This document shows, in pieces, positions 9,988-19,712 of a stretch of 64,000 nucleotides of DNA. Every line of letters begins with the position of its first letter. The stretch's first letter is position 1. The position numbers and the translations under genes are program-made. Under the pieces are notes generated by a model, which searched no databases, had not been told where the DNA came from, and was given only the letters and a program-made list of their open reading frames with translations. The DNA is from Candidatus Woesearchaeota archaeon (lineage in GTDB: Archaea; Nanobdellota; Nanobdellia; Woesearchaeales; GW2011-AR4), in NCBI GenBank assembly GCA_018303655.1, contig JAGVXT010000023.1, positions 30,394 through 94,393 of the forward strand. The letters are read 5' to 3'.

Positions 9988-11130
9988 ATGGATTTAGTAA
10001 AACTTAAACAGTTGGATGAAGAAAAGACTCGGGAATTTCATTTATGGGATTTTCAAGATAACTTATTTATTCTTTTGGACAAAGAAGCTAATGACAGATT
10101 TTTCAAAATAATGTATAATCAATTCGGAACTCAACAAGAGTTTGCTAAATTTTTAGGACTATGGAGACAAGAGGTAAATAAATATCATAAACAATTACTT
10201 AAAGACAATGGAAGATATTATCCAGTTTACTTCCCTATTAGATTGTTCAAAAAATGTGTGCCTATTTTAGATAAAGAGTTTATTTGTTATCTAGAACAAA
10301 ATGTATCAGAAATAAGGGCAAGGGTTGGACTAAGTGTCTATAACCCAAAACTTCCAATAAGAGAATCTCAAGAAGTTTATCGAATATTAGCCCACATAAT
10401 AGCAGATGGTTCTGCGAGCAAAGGTAAAACTCCGTACTATGCTAATACTTGTAAGCAGTTAAGAGAACAATTTAAAAAAGACTTAGCAATTTTTGGAGAG
10501 ATGAAAATTTATGAGAGAAAGCCACAAGTAACTGAATTAGTGTTTTTTCCTAAAGTTGTTACAGATTTATTAGCTTCATTGTTTGATATTCAATTTACCT
10601 ATCCAAATAGAATTCCAAAACTTATATTTACAGCTTCAGAAGATTTAAAAAAAAATTTCTTGCAAGCTCTATTTGACGATGAAGGTACAATTTCTGCTCA
10701 ATTAGCTTTAACTATACACAACGTCAGGATAATGGAAGAAATAAAATCCTTGATTATTTCTTTAGGTATAAATGTTAGTAAAGTTATGGTGTATTATTAT
10801 TCTCACAAAACAAATAAAGTATATTTTCAAATTTCCAAGAAAGATTACGAATTGTTTCAAAAGAAAATAGGTTTTAGCCATCCAGAAAAAGCTAAAAAAT
10901 TGGAATTAGCAATAAGAACTCAAAATAGAGAACAAAGGACAAGAAATCCAAATTATATCGAGCAAGAAATTATAAAAATTTTAGAAATGAAGCCTTCACC
11001 CACAATGGAATTGGCTAATAAACTTATGTTAACAATAATGGGAATTAAACCACATCTTGACAGAATGCTTGAAGAAGGCTTAATAATCAAAAGAGGTTAT
11101 AAGAATAAGGTTATTTGGGATATTGCCTAA
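9988..11130 (+). CDS. Free-standing double-LAGLIDADG (DOD-like) protein with N-terminal HTH and C-terminal wHTH
   Basis: RILAHIIADGS and FLQALFDDEGT motifs, FQKKIGF, TQQEFAKFLGL HTH; GGAGG RBS; A/T-biased codons. Confidence 0.8.
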   Translation: MDLVKLKQLDEEKTREFHLWDFQDNLFILLDKEANDRFFKIMYNQFGTQQEFAKFLGLWRQEVNKYHKQLLKDNGRYYPVYFPIRLFKKCVPILDKEFICYLEQNVSEIRARVGLSVYNPKLPIRESQEVYRILAHIIADGSASKGKTPYYANTCKQLREQFKKDLAIFGEMKIYERKPQVTELVFFPKVVTDLLASLFDIQFTYPNRIPKLIFTASEDLKKNFLQALFDDEGTISAQLALTIHNVRIMEEIKSLIISLGINVSKVMVYYYSHKTNKVYFQISKKDYELFQKKIGFSHPEKAKKLELAIRTQNREQRTRNPNYIEQEIIKILEMKPSPTMELANKLMLTIMGIKPHLDRMLEEGLIIKRGYKNKVIWDIA

Positions 11131-11185
11131 AATTCTGTTACTACTTACCAAAACTTATTTAAACAAAACTTCTATCTTCTGTTTT

Positions 11186-12076
11186 ATGGAAAAGGCCTTG
11201 GAAACAAGGGAAAGGATTGTTGAAATTGTAAAGCAAAAAGGCCCTGTGCTGCCTGTCCATATTTCAAAAGAGATAGGCAGTGATATTCTGATGGCAAGCG
11301 CGCACCTTGCAGAGCTCACTGCAAGCAAAAGGCTTAAGATTTCAACAATAAAGGTAGGAGGGTCTCCTTTGTATTATCTTCAAGGACAGGAAGAAATGCT
11401 GCAGAAGTTCATAGGCAGCATGAATGACAAGGAGAAAAAGGCATTTGACTTGTTAAGCCAAAGCAAGATATTGAGGGATGCTGAGCAGGAGCCTGTGGTA
11501 AGAGTTGCATTGCGCGAAATCAAGGACTTTGCAATTCCATTGAATGTCACGCATAACAACAACAAAGAAATGTTTTGGAAATGGTACTTGGCAAATAATG
11601 AAGAAGCTGAAGGCCTTATAAAGCAAAAATTGCAGATTCTGGAAAAACCGATAGAAAGAAAGGTTGAGCAAGAAACAATAAAAAGACAGGAAGAAAAACC
11701 AATACAACTAACCCAAAAACAAACAAAAGAAAAAACAACCAAGAAATACAAGCCAAGGGACAAGGAAGACAATTTTTTAAAGGACATTATGAGATTCTTT
11801 GAAAAAAACAGGATAAATGTAATAAGCAGCGAGATAATAAAAAGGGATTCGGAAATAGACTTTTTGGTTGAACTGCCAAGTGTAGTGGGAAACCTGCAGT
11901 ATTACTGCAAGGCAAGAAACAAGAAAAAAATCAGCGATTCTGATTTAAGCAACGCATATGTCAAAGGCCAGTTCAAGAAACTGCCTGTGATTGTTCTTTC
12001 TCCTGGAGAGTTGTCATCAAAAGCGCAGGAAATACTGGCAAAAGAATTAAACAATATAACGTTCAAGAAAATATAA
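11186..12076 (+). CDS. Hypothetical protein, N-terminal wHTH-like region and C-terminal restriction-endonuclease-like fold
   Basis: GPVLPVHISKEI helix pattern; EIDFLVE...YCKARNKK; start at 11186 follows a TTTAAA box. Confidence 0.6.
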   Translation: MEKALETRERIVEIVKQKGPVLPVHISKEIGSDILMASAHLAELTASKRLKISTIKVGGSPLYYLQGQEEMLQKFIGSMNDKEKKAFDLLSQSKILRDAEQEPVVRVALREIKDFAIPLNVTHNNNKEMFWKWYLANNEEAEGLIKQKLQILEKPIERKVEQETIKRQEEKPIQLTQKQTKEKTTKKYKPRDKEDNFLKDIMRFFEKNRINVISSEIIKRDSEIDFLVELPSVVGNLQYYCKARNKKKISDSDLSNAYVKGQFKKLPVIVLSPGELSSKAQEILAKELNNITFKKI

Positions 12077-12091
12077 CCTAATTTCAAATTA

Positions 12092-12262
12092 TATAAAATC
12101 AAAAAACGAGAACGACCTGTCGAAAATCAAAGATTTTCGAGCATGATCGAAAATGCGAAGCATTTATCGACATTTGAAAGCAATCAAGAAGAAAGTAACC
12201 CGTTTTCAATGTATTGGCGAGCTGGGTAGGGTGCCAGCGAGCACAAGATATGCGAAGCATAT
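12092..12262. repeat. Palindromic hairpin element in the fen upstream region
   Basis: About 55-bp block shared with 43617-43672; ends shared with 44679-44745; two GC-GAA-GC mini-hairpins. Confidence 0.75.
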
Positions 12263-12301
12263 TGATTATCAAAAAATCTAAAATAAAGGTATCAAAATAA
12301 A

Positions 12302-13339
12302 ATGGGAGTAGCCTTAACTGAATTGTTGCTGATAAAGGAGATTGAATTAGGTTTTCTTCATAACAAAGTCCTGATTGTTGATGCTCCGATGTGGCTTTAC
12401 CAGTTTTTAAGCTCAATAAGGCAACGGGATGGATCATTATTGACAGATTCAAAAGGCAATGTTACTTCACATTTGATAGGATTATTGGCAAGAATATCGA
12501 ACCTGACGCAGCAAGACATCAAGCTGGCATTTGTTTTTGACGGCAAGCCGCCTAAGCTAAAGCACATGACTCTTGAAAAAAGAAAGGAAACAAAAATTGA
12601 AGCGCAGAAAAAGTTTGAGAAAGCAAGGGAAAGAGAAGATTTGGAGCTGATGAAAAAGTATGCTGCCCGCACATCAAGGCTGACAGATGAAATGATAGAG
12701 GAGGCAAAGAAGCTTGTCGGGGCATTTGGATTGCCTGTGATTAATGCTCCTTCTGAAGCAGAAGCCCAAGCCTCATTCATCGTGAAAAATGATGATGCAT
12801 TTGCAATTGCAACAAACGACGCGGATGCCTTGCTGTTTGAAGCGCCAAAAATTGTTAGAAACCTTAACATGGCTGGAAAGAAGAAAAGAAAAGATAAGCT
12901 GAGCTATGAGACAATCAATCCAGATATTATTGATTTAAAGGATAATCTTCATCATTTGGAAATCAAGCAGGAGCAATTAATAGCGTTGGCTATGCTGATT
13001 GGAACTGACTATAATTCCGGCGGCATCAAAGGCATCGGGCCGAAAACTGCCCTTAAACTGGTCAAGGCTTACGGCACAAATTTTGAGGCATTATTCAATG
13101 AGGTAAAATGGGATAATTTCTTCGATTTTTCATGGCAGGAGGTCTTTGAGCTGATAAAAAACATTCCGATTGACAATGACTACAATTTGAAGTGGACAAA
13201 TGCTGATGATGGGAAGATAATGAAGCTGCTTGTTGACGGTCATGATTTCTCAGAAGAAAGGGTAAAAAACCAGATTGAAGGGTTGGTGAAGGAAAAAAGC
13301 AAAAAAAATCAAAAGGGATTAAGTGATTTCTTCAATTAA
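12302..13339 (+). CDS. fen: Flap endonuclease 1
   Basis: MGV start, YQFLSSIRQ, FVFDG, EAEAQA, GTDYN, C-terminal PIP box QKGLSDFF. Confidence 0.96.
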   Translation: MGVALTELLLIKEIELGFLHNKVLIVDAPMWLYQFLSSIRQRDGSLLTDSKGNVTSHLIGLLARISNLTQQDIKLAFVFDGKPPKLKHMTLEKRKETKIEAQKKFEKAREREDLELMKKYAARTSRLTDEMIEEAKKLVGAFGLPVINAPSEAEAQASFIVKNDDAFAIATNDADALLFEAPKIVRNLNMAGKKKRKDKLSYETINPDIIDLKDNLHHLEIKQEQLIALAMLIGTDYNSGGIKGIGPKTALKLVKAYGTNFEALFNEVKWDNFFDFSWQEVFELIKNIPIDNDYNLKWTNADDGKIMKLLVDGHDFSEERVKNQIEGLVKEKSKKNQKGLSDFFN

Positions 13340-13340
13340 T

Positions 13341-14177
13341 ATGACGAAACGCAACCTAAAATTTTACCTAAAAGATAAATTAACAGCCAAAGAACTGAAA
13401 TTTGCCCCGTCATCTTTTGATGTAGTCGGTGATATTCTGATATTTTCCGAGTTTCCGAAAGAATTGGTTAAAAAAGAAAAAATAATTGGGAGTATAATTT
13501 TGCAGAATTATCATCACATCAAGACTGTACTTAAAAAAACAAAAAAATATTCTGGGAAATTCAGGACACCAAAACTTAAGGTGATTGCCGGTGAAAATAG
13601 AAAAGAAACAATATGCAAGGAAAATGATGTATTCATAAAGCTTGATGCTGAAAAGGTTTATTTCTCTCCAAGAATGTCGAGCGAAAGAAAAAGAATCTCG
13701 CAATTAATAAAGCCAAATGAATCAGTTTTAGTTATGTTTTCCGGAGCCGGGGTATATCCATTGGTTATTGCAAAGAATTCAAAATGCAGAGAGATTTATG
13801 GCATAGAGATTAATCCAATTGCCCATAAATACGCATTGGAAAACAGCAAAAAAAACAAGCTTGAGAATAAAATAAAGCTTTTTTTGGGTGATGTTAAAAA
13901 AATAATGCCGAACTTGAACAAAAAGTTTGACAGGATACTGATGCCTCTTCCAAAAGGAGGGGAGTATTTTCTGGGTTTGGCATTGAAGTTTATTAAAAAA
14001 AATGGGATTATACATTTCTATGATTTCGAGCATGAAGATGAGTTGTACAAAGCAGGGGAAAAAGTAAAAAAATCATGCGAAAAGCCAAAAAGAAAATTCA
14101 AAATCCTTAAAACAGCAAAGTGCGGCCAATATTCCCCAAGGTTTTATCGAGTTTGCGTCGATTTTTTAGTTTATTAA
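13341..14177 (+). CDS. Trm5/Taw2-family SAM-dependent tRNA modification enzyme
   Basis: FDVVGDI, VYFSPR, MFSGAGVY, EINP, DRILMPLP. Confidence 0.85.
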   Translation: MTKRNLKFYLKDKLTAKELKFAPSSFDVVGDILIFSEFPKELVKKEKIIGSIILQNYHHIKTVLKKTKKYSGKFRTPKLKVIAGENRKETICKENDVFIKLDAEKVYFSPRMSSERKRISQLIKPNESVLVMFSGAGVYPLVIAKNSKCREIYGIEINPIAHKYALENSKKNKLENKIKLFLGDVKKIMPNLNKKFDRILMPLPKGGEYFLGLALKFIKKNGIIHFYDFEHEDELYKAGEKVKKSCEKPKRKFKILKTAKCGQYSPRFYRVCVDFLVY

Positions 14178-14434
14178 TATTTTTTGGATTTTTCAATCCG
14201 TTTTAATGCTTAACCACTTCTTAATTTTTAATTAAGTTTTTGATGCGGCTTAAGCATTTTTAATATTAATCCTTTTACCTTGGGTTTGATTGGCCTGACT
14301 ATGTAAGCGAAATCACCTCCAGCATATTATTTGTCCTCAAAGTCTTCCATTGTGTTTAAATCCAAAACACTTATGTCAAACTCTTTTTTGCCTTTCATGC
14401 AATTGGCTGATACATCCATATATATAAAGAATTG

Positions 14435-14453
14435 TGGTGATACTTAATCACCA
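14435..14453. promoter_or_regulatory. Palindromic operator TGGTGAT-N5-ATCACCA just upstream of the TrmB TATA box
   Basis: Perfect 7-bp inverted repeat between divergent TATA-like boxes. Confidence 0.55.
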
Positions 14454-14488
14454 TAAAATTTATAAATTAAGCAATACATGCATAAGAC

Positions 14489-15226
14489 ATGTCTCAGTAC
14501 AGGATTTTCCGCTCATTGGGATTGACAGAGAACGAGTCAAAAGTGTACATGACTTTGCTGGACCTAGGGACAGCGCAGGCCGGGCATATAACAGAAAAGT
14601 CAGGAATACATAGAAGGAATGTGTATGATTCGCTCTCAAGACTCATGGGAAAAGGCTTGGTAAGCTTTGTAACAGTGAACAATAAAAAGATGTTCAGTCC
14701 AGTTAATCCAAGAAGGTTCCTTGAGATAATAAGTGAGAAGAAGTTTGAGCTGGAAAACCTGAAAAATGATTTTGGAAAGATAATACCGGAGCTTGAGCTA
14801 AGGACCAGATTGCAGGAAAAGCATGATGTAAGGTTTTTCAAGGGCGTGGAAGGGCTTAAAACTGTCTACGAAGATATAATAAGGACAGGCAGGGATTATG
14901 TTGGCTACGGGCCTGGCCACCAGATTGAAAAGATACTAAAGCATTACTTCAGGCATTATGTAAACAGCAGGATAAATGCCAAGATAAGTCTAAAGCTTAT
15001 TTATGATGAAGCCTCAAGGCATACTGTAAAGAAAAACCCATTAAGCGAGATAAGGTTTATTCCTAACCAATACAGCTCAAGGGCTGCTTTGCGAATTTAT
15101 GGAGACAAAGTGGCCTTATTGCTTCTGACTGAGGAAGAGCCTTTGGCAATTGTAATAAAAAACAATGCAATTGCTGACGGCTATAAAAAATATTTTGAGG
15201 TCATGTGGAAGGCTGCAAAGCCATAG
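14489..15226 (+). CDS. TrmB-family transcriptional regulator
   Basis: LGLTENESKVY, IHRRNVYDSLSRL wHTH; C-terminal effector domain. Confidence 0.88.
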   Translation: MSQYRIFRSLGLTENESKVYMTLLDLGTAQAGHITEKSGIHRRNVYDSLSRLMGKGLVSFVTVNNKKMFSPVNPRRFLEIISEKKFELENLKNDFGKIIPELELRTRLQEKHDVRFFKGVEGLKTVYEDIIRTGRDYVGYGPGHQIEKILKHYFRHYVNSRINAKISLKLIYDEASRHTVKKNPLSEIRFIPNQYSSRAALRIYGDKVALLLLTEEEPLAIVIKNNAIADGYKKYFEVMWKAAKP

Positions 15227-15260
15227 AAACTCTTAAAAACTGATATTCCTTATTTCAGCT

Positions 15261-15337
15261 GGTGCACGCGATGAAGATATGAACACCCTTAGAAGCGCAA
15301 GCTGATGATATGCGGTAGTAACTGCCGAGCGTGCGCC
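15261..15337 (+). ncRNA. Putative box C/D sRNA
   Basis: 9-bp terminal stem GGTGCACGC/GCGTGCGCC, C-like ATGAAGA, D'-like TAGA, GCAA tetraloop, C' TGATGA, D-like CCGA; GC-rich in an AT-rich context. Confidence 0.65.
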
Positions 15338-15345
15338 TTACTAAA

Positions 15346-15777
15346 ATGGCAAGGAAGAAAATGGAAATTTATGCTTACTTCATTTTAATATTGTTGGCAT
15401 GGGGCTTGTGGGGATTTTTTGGAAAATATGCTTTAAAGTACATAAGCCCGACATCTTTAATATTATTTGAAACAATAGGTGCTATTGTAATACAGCTAAT
15501 TGTTGTAATTTTTCTATTTTATTATAAATATAGGTTTGAGACTAACCCAACAGGAATTACCCTTGCTGTGCTGACTGCCCTTTTTGGTGTTATTGGGACA
15601 ATTCTTTTTTTCTTCACTTTGTCAAAAACAAAAGCTTCTGTTTTAGTTCCTTTAACAGCACTTTATCCAGTCATTACAGTTATTCTGAGTTTTATTTTCC
15701 TAAAAGAAAAAGTAACTTTAGTGCAGAGTGTTGGTATTGTTTTAGCAATTGTCGCTAGTGTGTTATTATCAATCTAG
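15346..15777 (+). CDS. EamA/DMT-family small transporter
   Basis: About 5 TM, WGLWGFFGK, ASVLVPLTALYPV; start at 15346 or 15361. Confidence 0.85.
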   Translation: MARKKMEIYAYFILILLAWGLWGFFGKYALKYISPTSLILFETIGAIVIQLIVVIFLFYYKYRFETNPTGITLAVLTALFGVIGTILFFFTLSKTKASVLVPLTALYPVITVILSFIFLKEKVTLVQSVGIVLAIVASVLLSI

Positions 15778-16928
15778 CCAAACATGCCTATATAATCTTC
15801 TCCTTCTGCTTTTTCCTCTTCCTTAACCTTGTCTATTGCCTTTAGAAAATCTTCCTTGGTTACGAAAGTCCTGTTGCTTCTTATTGCAAAATACCCTGCT
15901 TCTGTGCATACTGCCTTGATTTCAGCGCCGCTGAACCCTTCCATCTTGCTTGTCAGCAATTCAATGTTGATATTCTTGTCAAAGCTCATGTTTTTTGAAT
16001 GTATCTTGAATATTTCAAGCCTTGCCTCCTTGTTTGGCAAGGGTATGTTAAGAAGCCTGTCAAGCCTTCCAGGCCTTATTACAGCAGGATCCAGAATATC
16101 TTTTCTGTTGGTTGCGCCTATGATCTTGACATTATCCAATGGCTTAAACCCGTCAAGTTCTGCAAGCAGCTGCATAAATGTCCTGTTAACCTCTCTTTCT
16201 CCTGATGTTCCGACTTCAATTCTTTTTGCTGCCAGCGCATCCAATTCATCAATAAAAACAATTGCCGGCGCTTTCTTTCTTGCAAACTCAAAAATCTCTT
16301 TTACAAGCTTTGCCCCTTCGCCGATGAATTTTTGCACTAATTCAGATCCAACAACCTCGATGAAAGTGGAGTTTGTGGATGCTGCAACAGCCTTTGCCAG
16401 TAAAGTCTTGCCGGTTCCCGGTTCGCCGTAAAGCAATACTCCTTTTGGTGGAGTGATTCCTATTTTTTTGAACAATTCCGGCTTCTTTAATGGAAGTTCT
16501 ACTACCTCTTTTATTTCCTGTATCTGCTGGTTTAAGCCGCCTATCTCGTCCCATGTGATTGTTGGCTTTTCAACAATAACAAACTTTTCAACATTAAAGC
16601 GCCTTGTTATAGGAATTTTTTTTATAATTGTAAGGTTTTTCTGCTCTACTAGTATCAGATCCCCAGATTTAAGCTTTTCACACTCATTTGATATGTTAAC
16701 AAGAAACTGGTTGCCGTTTGGAATCTTTATGACTGAGGTGTTGCCAAAAATCTCCCTGACTTCACATACCATTAACGGCGATGCCTTGAACCTTTCAATC
16801 TCTTCCTTCAAGCGATTGATTGTTTCTTTCATAATCCTGTTTTCCTCCTCATATGGGTTTGAGGAAGTGGAATAAGAGTACATTATGCTGTCAATTATGT
16901 TTTTTGGCTTTGATTCTTTTGCCGGCAT
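15774..16928 (-). CDS. pan: Proteasome-activating nucleotidase
   Basis: Coiled coil and OB domain, GEPGTGKT, FIDELD, RPGRLDR. Confidence 0.92.
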   Translation of the reverse strand: MPAKESKPKNIIDSIMYSYSTSSNPYEEENRIMKETINRLKEEIERFKASPLMVCEVREIFGNTSVIKIPNGNQFLVNISNECEKLKSGDLILVEQKNLTIIKKIPITRRFNVEKFVIVEKPTITWDEIGGLNQQIQEIKEVVELPLKKPELFKKIGITPPKGVLLYGEPGTGKTLLAKAVAASTNSTFIEVVGSELVQKFIGEGAKLVKEIFEFARKKAPAIVFIDELDALAAKRIEVGTSGEREVNRTFMQLLAELDGFKPLDNVKIIGATNRKDILDPAVIRPGRLDRLLNIPLPNKEARLEIFKIHSKNMSFDKNINIELLTSKMEGFSGAEIKAVCTEAGYFAIRSNRTFVTKEDFLKAIDKVKEEEKAEGEDYIGMFG

Positions 16929-16968
16929 AGTTATTCAAGAAAAATATTTAGTATAAAAAGATTTGTAT

Positions 16969-17913
16969 TTAGGCGTTGAATTTTCCATATTCCATTACTA
17001 TAAGGCCATCAGCATATATTGTGGGATTTTTAATAACAACATCAATATGAAAAGGCACATCAACTTTGCCGCCAAAATGCCTGTTGTTGCCAAATGCAAT
17101 ATGGCAAGTGCTGGTAACCTTCTCGTCCTCTAAAACATTTCCTGTTATCTTTGCCTTACAGTTTGTTCCAATTCCAAGCTCGGCAACGTTCTTATATAAT
17201 TTGTTTTTTAATGATTTTTTGAATTGATTTGCGGTTTTTCCTCCAATAATCTTTGTGATAAATCCGTTTTTGACAATAATTTGAATAGTTTTATCGACTT
17301 TTCCAATGCCGCCTACGCTTGCATCAACTACGATTGTGCCGTTTGTTTTGTTTTCCAAAGGCGCAATAAAAATCTCGCCTGCAGGTAGATTTCCAAAAGC
17401 CCCTTTTTTTGTGTAAATCCCGTAGTCACTAACCCATTTTCTTCTCTTTGTATAAAACTCAACATTTGTTCCTTTTTTTGTTGTTATTTTTATTATATTT
17501 TTGTTTTCTAATTTTTTAATGAGTTTTTCGTTAATTATTTTTATTTTATTGAAATCAACATTTAATGCCCTTTTCATCATTTCAATTGTTATTCCAGGCA
17601 TGCTTGCTATTCTTGCCCCTTTCCTGCTTGCATTTTCCCTTGCTTTGGTATGGCTCAATGACTTTGTTGTGGGCATTAAAATAACATCATATTTCAGCAT
17701 CTCGTTCGCAATGTTTTTACTTGGTTCTGTCCCATGCGCTTCAGGTATTGGTGTCAGGACTAATTTGGATTTCTTAGTTATTTTCAATGAATTTTTATAA
17801 AGAATTTTTCCAATGTTTTTTAATTTTGAATCTGTAATAACCAAGCAACTTTCATTGCTCTTAAGATTCATGCAGTCCTTAAGAATTATTTTTGCGGATT
17901 TGTCAAGCAGCAT
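16969..17913 (-). CDS. M29-like (thermophilic metalloprotease) aminopeptidase
   Basis: NLPAGEIFIAP, AELGIGTN, EDEK, HIAFG, HIDVV. Confidence 0.85.
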   Translation of the reverse strand: MLLDKSAKIILKDCMNLKSNESCLVITDSKLKNIGKILYKNSLKITKKSKLVLTPIPEAHGTEPSKNIANEMLKYDVILMPTTKSLSHTKARENASRKGARIASMPGITIEMMKRALNVDFNKIKIINEKLIKKLENKNIIKITTKKGTNVEFYTKRRKWVSDYGIYTKKGAFGNLPAGEIFIAPLENKTNGTIVVDASVGGIGKVDKTIQIIVKNGFITKIIGGKTANQFKKSLKNKLYKNVAELGIGTNCKAKITGNVLEDEKVTSTCHIAFGNNRHFGGKVDVPFHIDVVIKNPTIYADGLIVMEYGKFNA

Positions 17914-17914
17914 T

Positions 17915-19693
17915 TTAAGCTACAAAATCCCCGTCTTTTAGAATCCAGTGCTTGTTGCCATTTTTGTCAATCCCGTATACATCAATCTTCTGCCTTGGGG
18001 CATTGAAAACAATGTCCATATGGTATTCTGTGCTCCTGTCAGGCTCGAAACCGCTTCCAAGCGCAATGTGCATCATTCTTGCTATTTTCTCGTTAACAAT
18101 AAGGTATTCGCACAATCTCGCCTTTGGGTTGGTGTTGATTGCGAACTCTCCAATTCTTTCAAAATTATTCTTTTTTAAATTGATTATTTCCTGGGGAATG
18201 CTCTTGTTCTTTTCAGCCTCAAGCAGTAGCTTCATTGCCTCGTCTTTTCTTTTTTTGATTTTATCGATGATTTCCTTTGGTCCATTTGTTATCTTATAGC
18301 TGTCACCATAGCACTCAACAACCAACGGGTTTTTTTCATTTAATGAATAGCTCTGGTCAACATGAACAACAACATCCCCCACAAAGATTCCTTTCATGTA
18401 CTCCGGAGTTGTAAATGCCTCTCCTCCTGGAATGTTGCCCATGCAGCCTGCCCTTATGCCTGTCATTTTCAAGTATTCCCTGTTTAGCTTTTCTTTTACA
18501 TCGGTATCGCTTCTTCTGACCCATCTTCTTGAGCCGTCTTCTTTTATCAATCCAACTTCAAGCTTTGTGACATATTTTTCCTTTAGCTTGCCTTCCACAT
18601 GGATGACATCGCATTTGTCCATTATATCCTTGACTTTCTGGTTTCTTGCCCTTATGTCACTCCAATCAACCAAATTCGTCTCGATAAAAATGTCAATCGG
18701 TATTGTTTCTGTAAAGGCAACCCTTGCCATTGGATCTCTTTTATCATACTTTGTTTGAGGATAGAAATCGAGCTTGTAAATCATCTGTCCGGGAGTCTGC
18801 CATCTTGTTTTTTTATTTGGAGAAGGATATCCAATAATCTCTCCAAAAAGATGCTTTCCGGGATACCCTTTTGCGCTTATTGAAAAAGACAAGTCTATGG
18901 GTTTTATTCTGTCGAGCTTCAGCAATTGTGATAATCTTTTGTATTTCTTAAATGGCCCCTCATCAATGTCCTTTGACAGCTCACATCCAAGCAATGTTGC
19001 CCTTAATTCAGAAACTCTTTCGCTTTTCTCGAGCATGGAGCCTCTAAAAGTGCAGGCATTCATTGTTGGATCCGCGGTTTTTTTTGCGGTTTGCGTCATT
19101 GCCCATATTATGGAGTAAGAGTCAAGATAATCCTCCAAAGGGTGCCCCATCAAATCTTTTGTTGGAATAAGCGTGAAGCCGATGCCTACCCTCTCGCCTT
19201 TTTTCAGAGCATATACCTCTCTCCAAAGAATTTCGGCAGTCTGCATCAGCTCTTTCATTCTGTAGTCATTAAACCACTCTGTGTGGAAAGGCAATTTTAA
19301 TGCGCCTTCAAAATTGTCTTTTCCGGCTTCAAGAATAAAATCCGGCTTTTTGAACAGTTTTCTGAATTCTCCTCTGGCTTTTTTATCAACTTCCTGAATA
19401 AATTCTCCTAAAGCCTTTGTTTTTTCATTTTTTATTCCTTTCTCCAGTTCTTCAAAGCACTGCCACACATCCTTTAGGGCTTCCAGCCCTTCTGATTCAC
19501 CATTTATCCCCACGCAGCTTACATCCGCACCTAATTCATGAAGCGCCCTTGACAAAGGCGCCAATGTGTAGAAATCATTCCTGTTGATTATATCAAATGT
19601 TATAAAGAAAGATTTGTTCTTGGCATTTTTTATTATTTTTTTATAATCGCTGACAGCAGAATTAAATTCATTTTCGTTGTATTTCATGAGCAT
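17915..19693 (-). CDS. Large M29-like aminopeptidase with extended N-terminus
   Basis: NIPGGEAFTTP, GEFAINTN, NEK, HIALG, HMDIV. Confidence 0.75.
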   Translation of the reverse strand: MLMKYNENEFNSAVSDYKKIIKNAKNKSFFITFDIINRNDFYTLAPLSRALHELGADVSCVGINGESEGLEALKDVWQCFEELEKGIKNEKTKALGEFIQEVDKKARGEFRKLFKKPDFILEAGKDNFEGALKLPFHTEWFNDYRMKELMQTAEILWREVYALKKGERVGIGFTLIPTKDLMGHPLEDYLDSYSIIWAMTQTAKKTADPTMNACTFRGSMLEKSERVSELRATLLGCELSKDIDEGPFKKYKRLSQLLKLDRIKPIDLSFSISAKGYPGKHLFGEIIGYPSPNKKTRWQTPGQMIYKLDFYPQTKYDKRDPMARVAFTETIPIDIFIETNLVDWSDIRARNQKVKDIMDKCDVIHVEGKLKEKYVTKLEVGLIKEDGSRRWVRRSDTDVKEKLNREYLKMTGIRAGCMGNIPGGEAFTTPEYMKGIFVGDVVVHVDQSYSLNEKNPLVVECYGDSYKITNGPKEIIDKIKKRKDEAMKLLLEAEKNKSIPQEIINLKKNNFERIGEFAINTNPKARLCEYLIVNEKIARMMHIALGSGFEPDRSTEYHMDIVFNAPRQKIDVYGIDKNGNKHWILKDGDFVA

Positions 19694-19712
19694 GGTAATT
19701 CAGAATTTGTTT

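Noticed and set aside
9988..11130. Intein or intron host gene
   Set aside because: No Cys/Ser start or His-Asn end, flanking genes are complete, and no bulge-helix-bulge was identified by eye
15261..15337. Fluoride riboswitch (GCGATG...GCTGATGA upstream of a transporter)
   Set aside because: The required pseudoknot pairings are absent; box C/D geometry fits better
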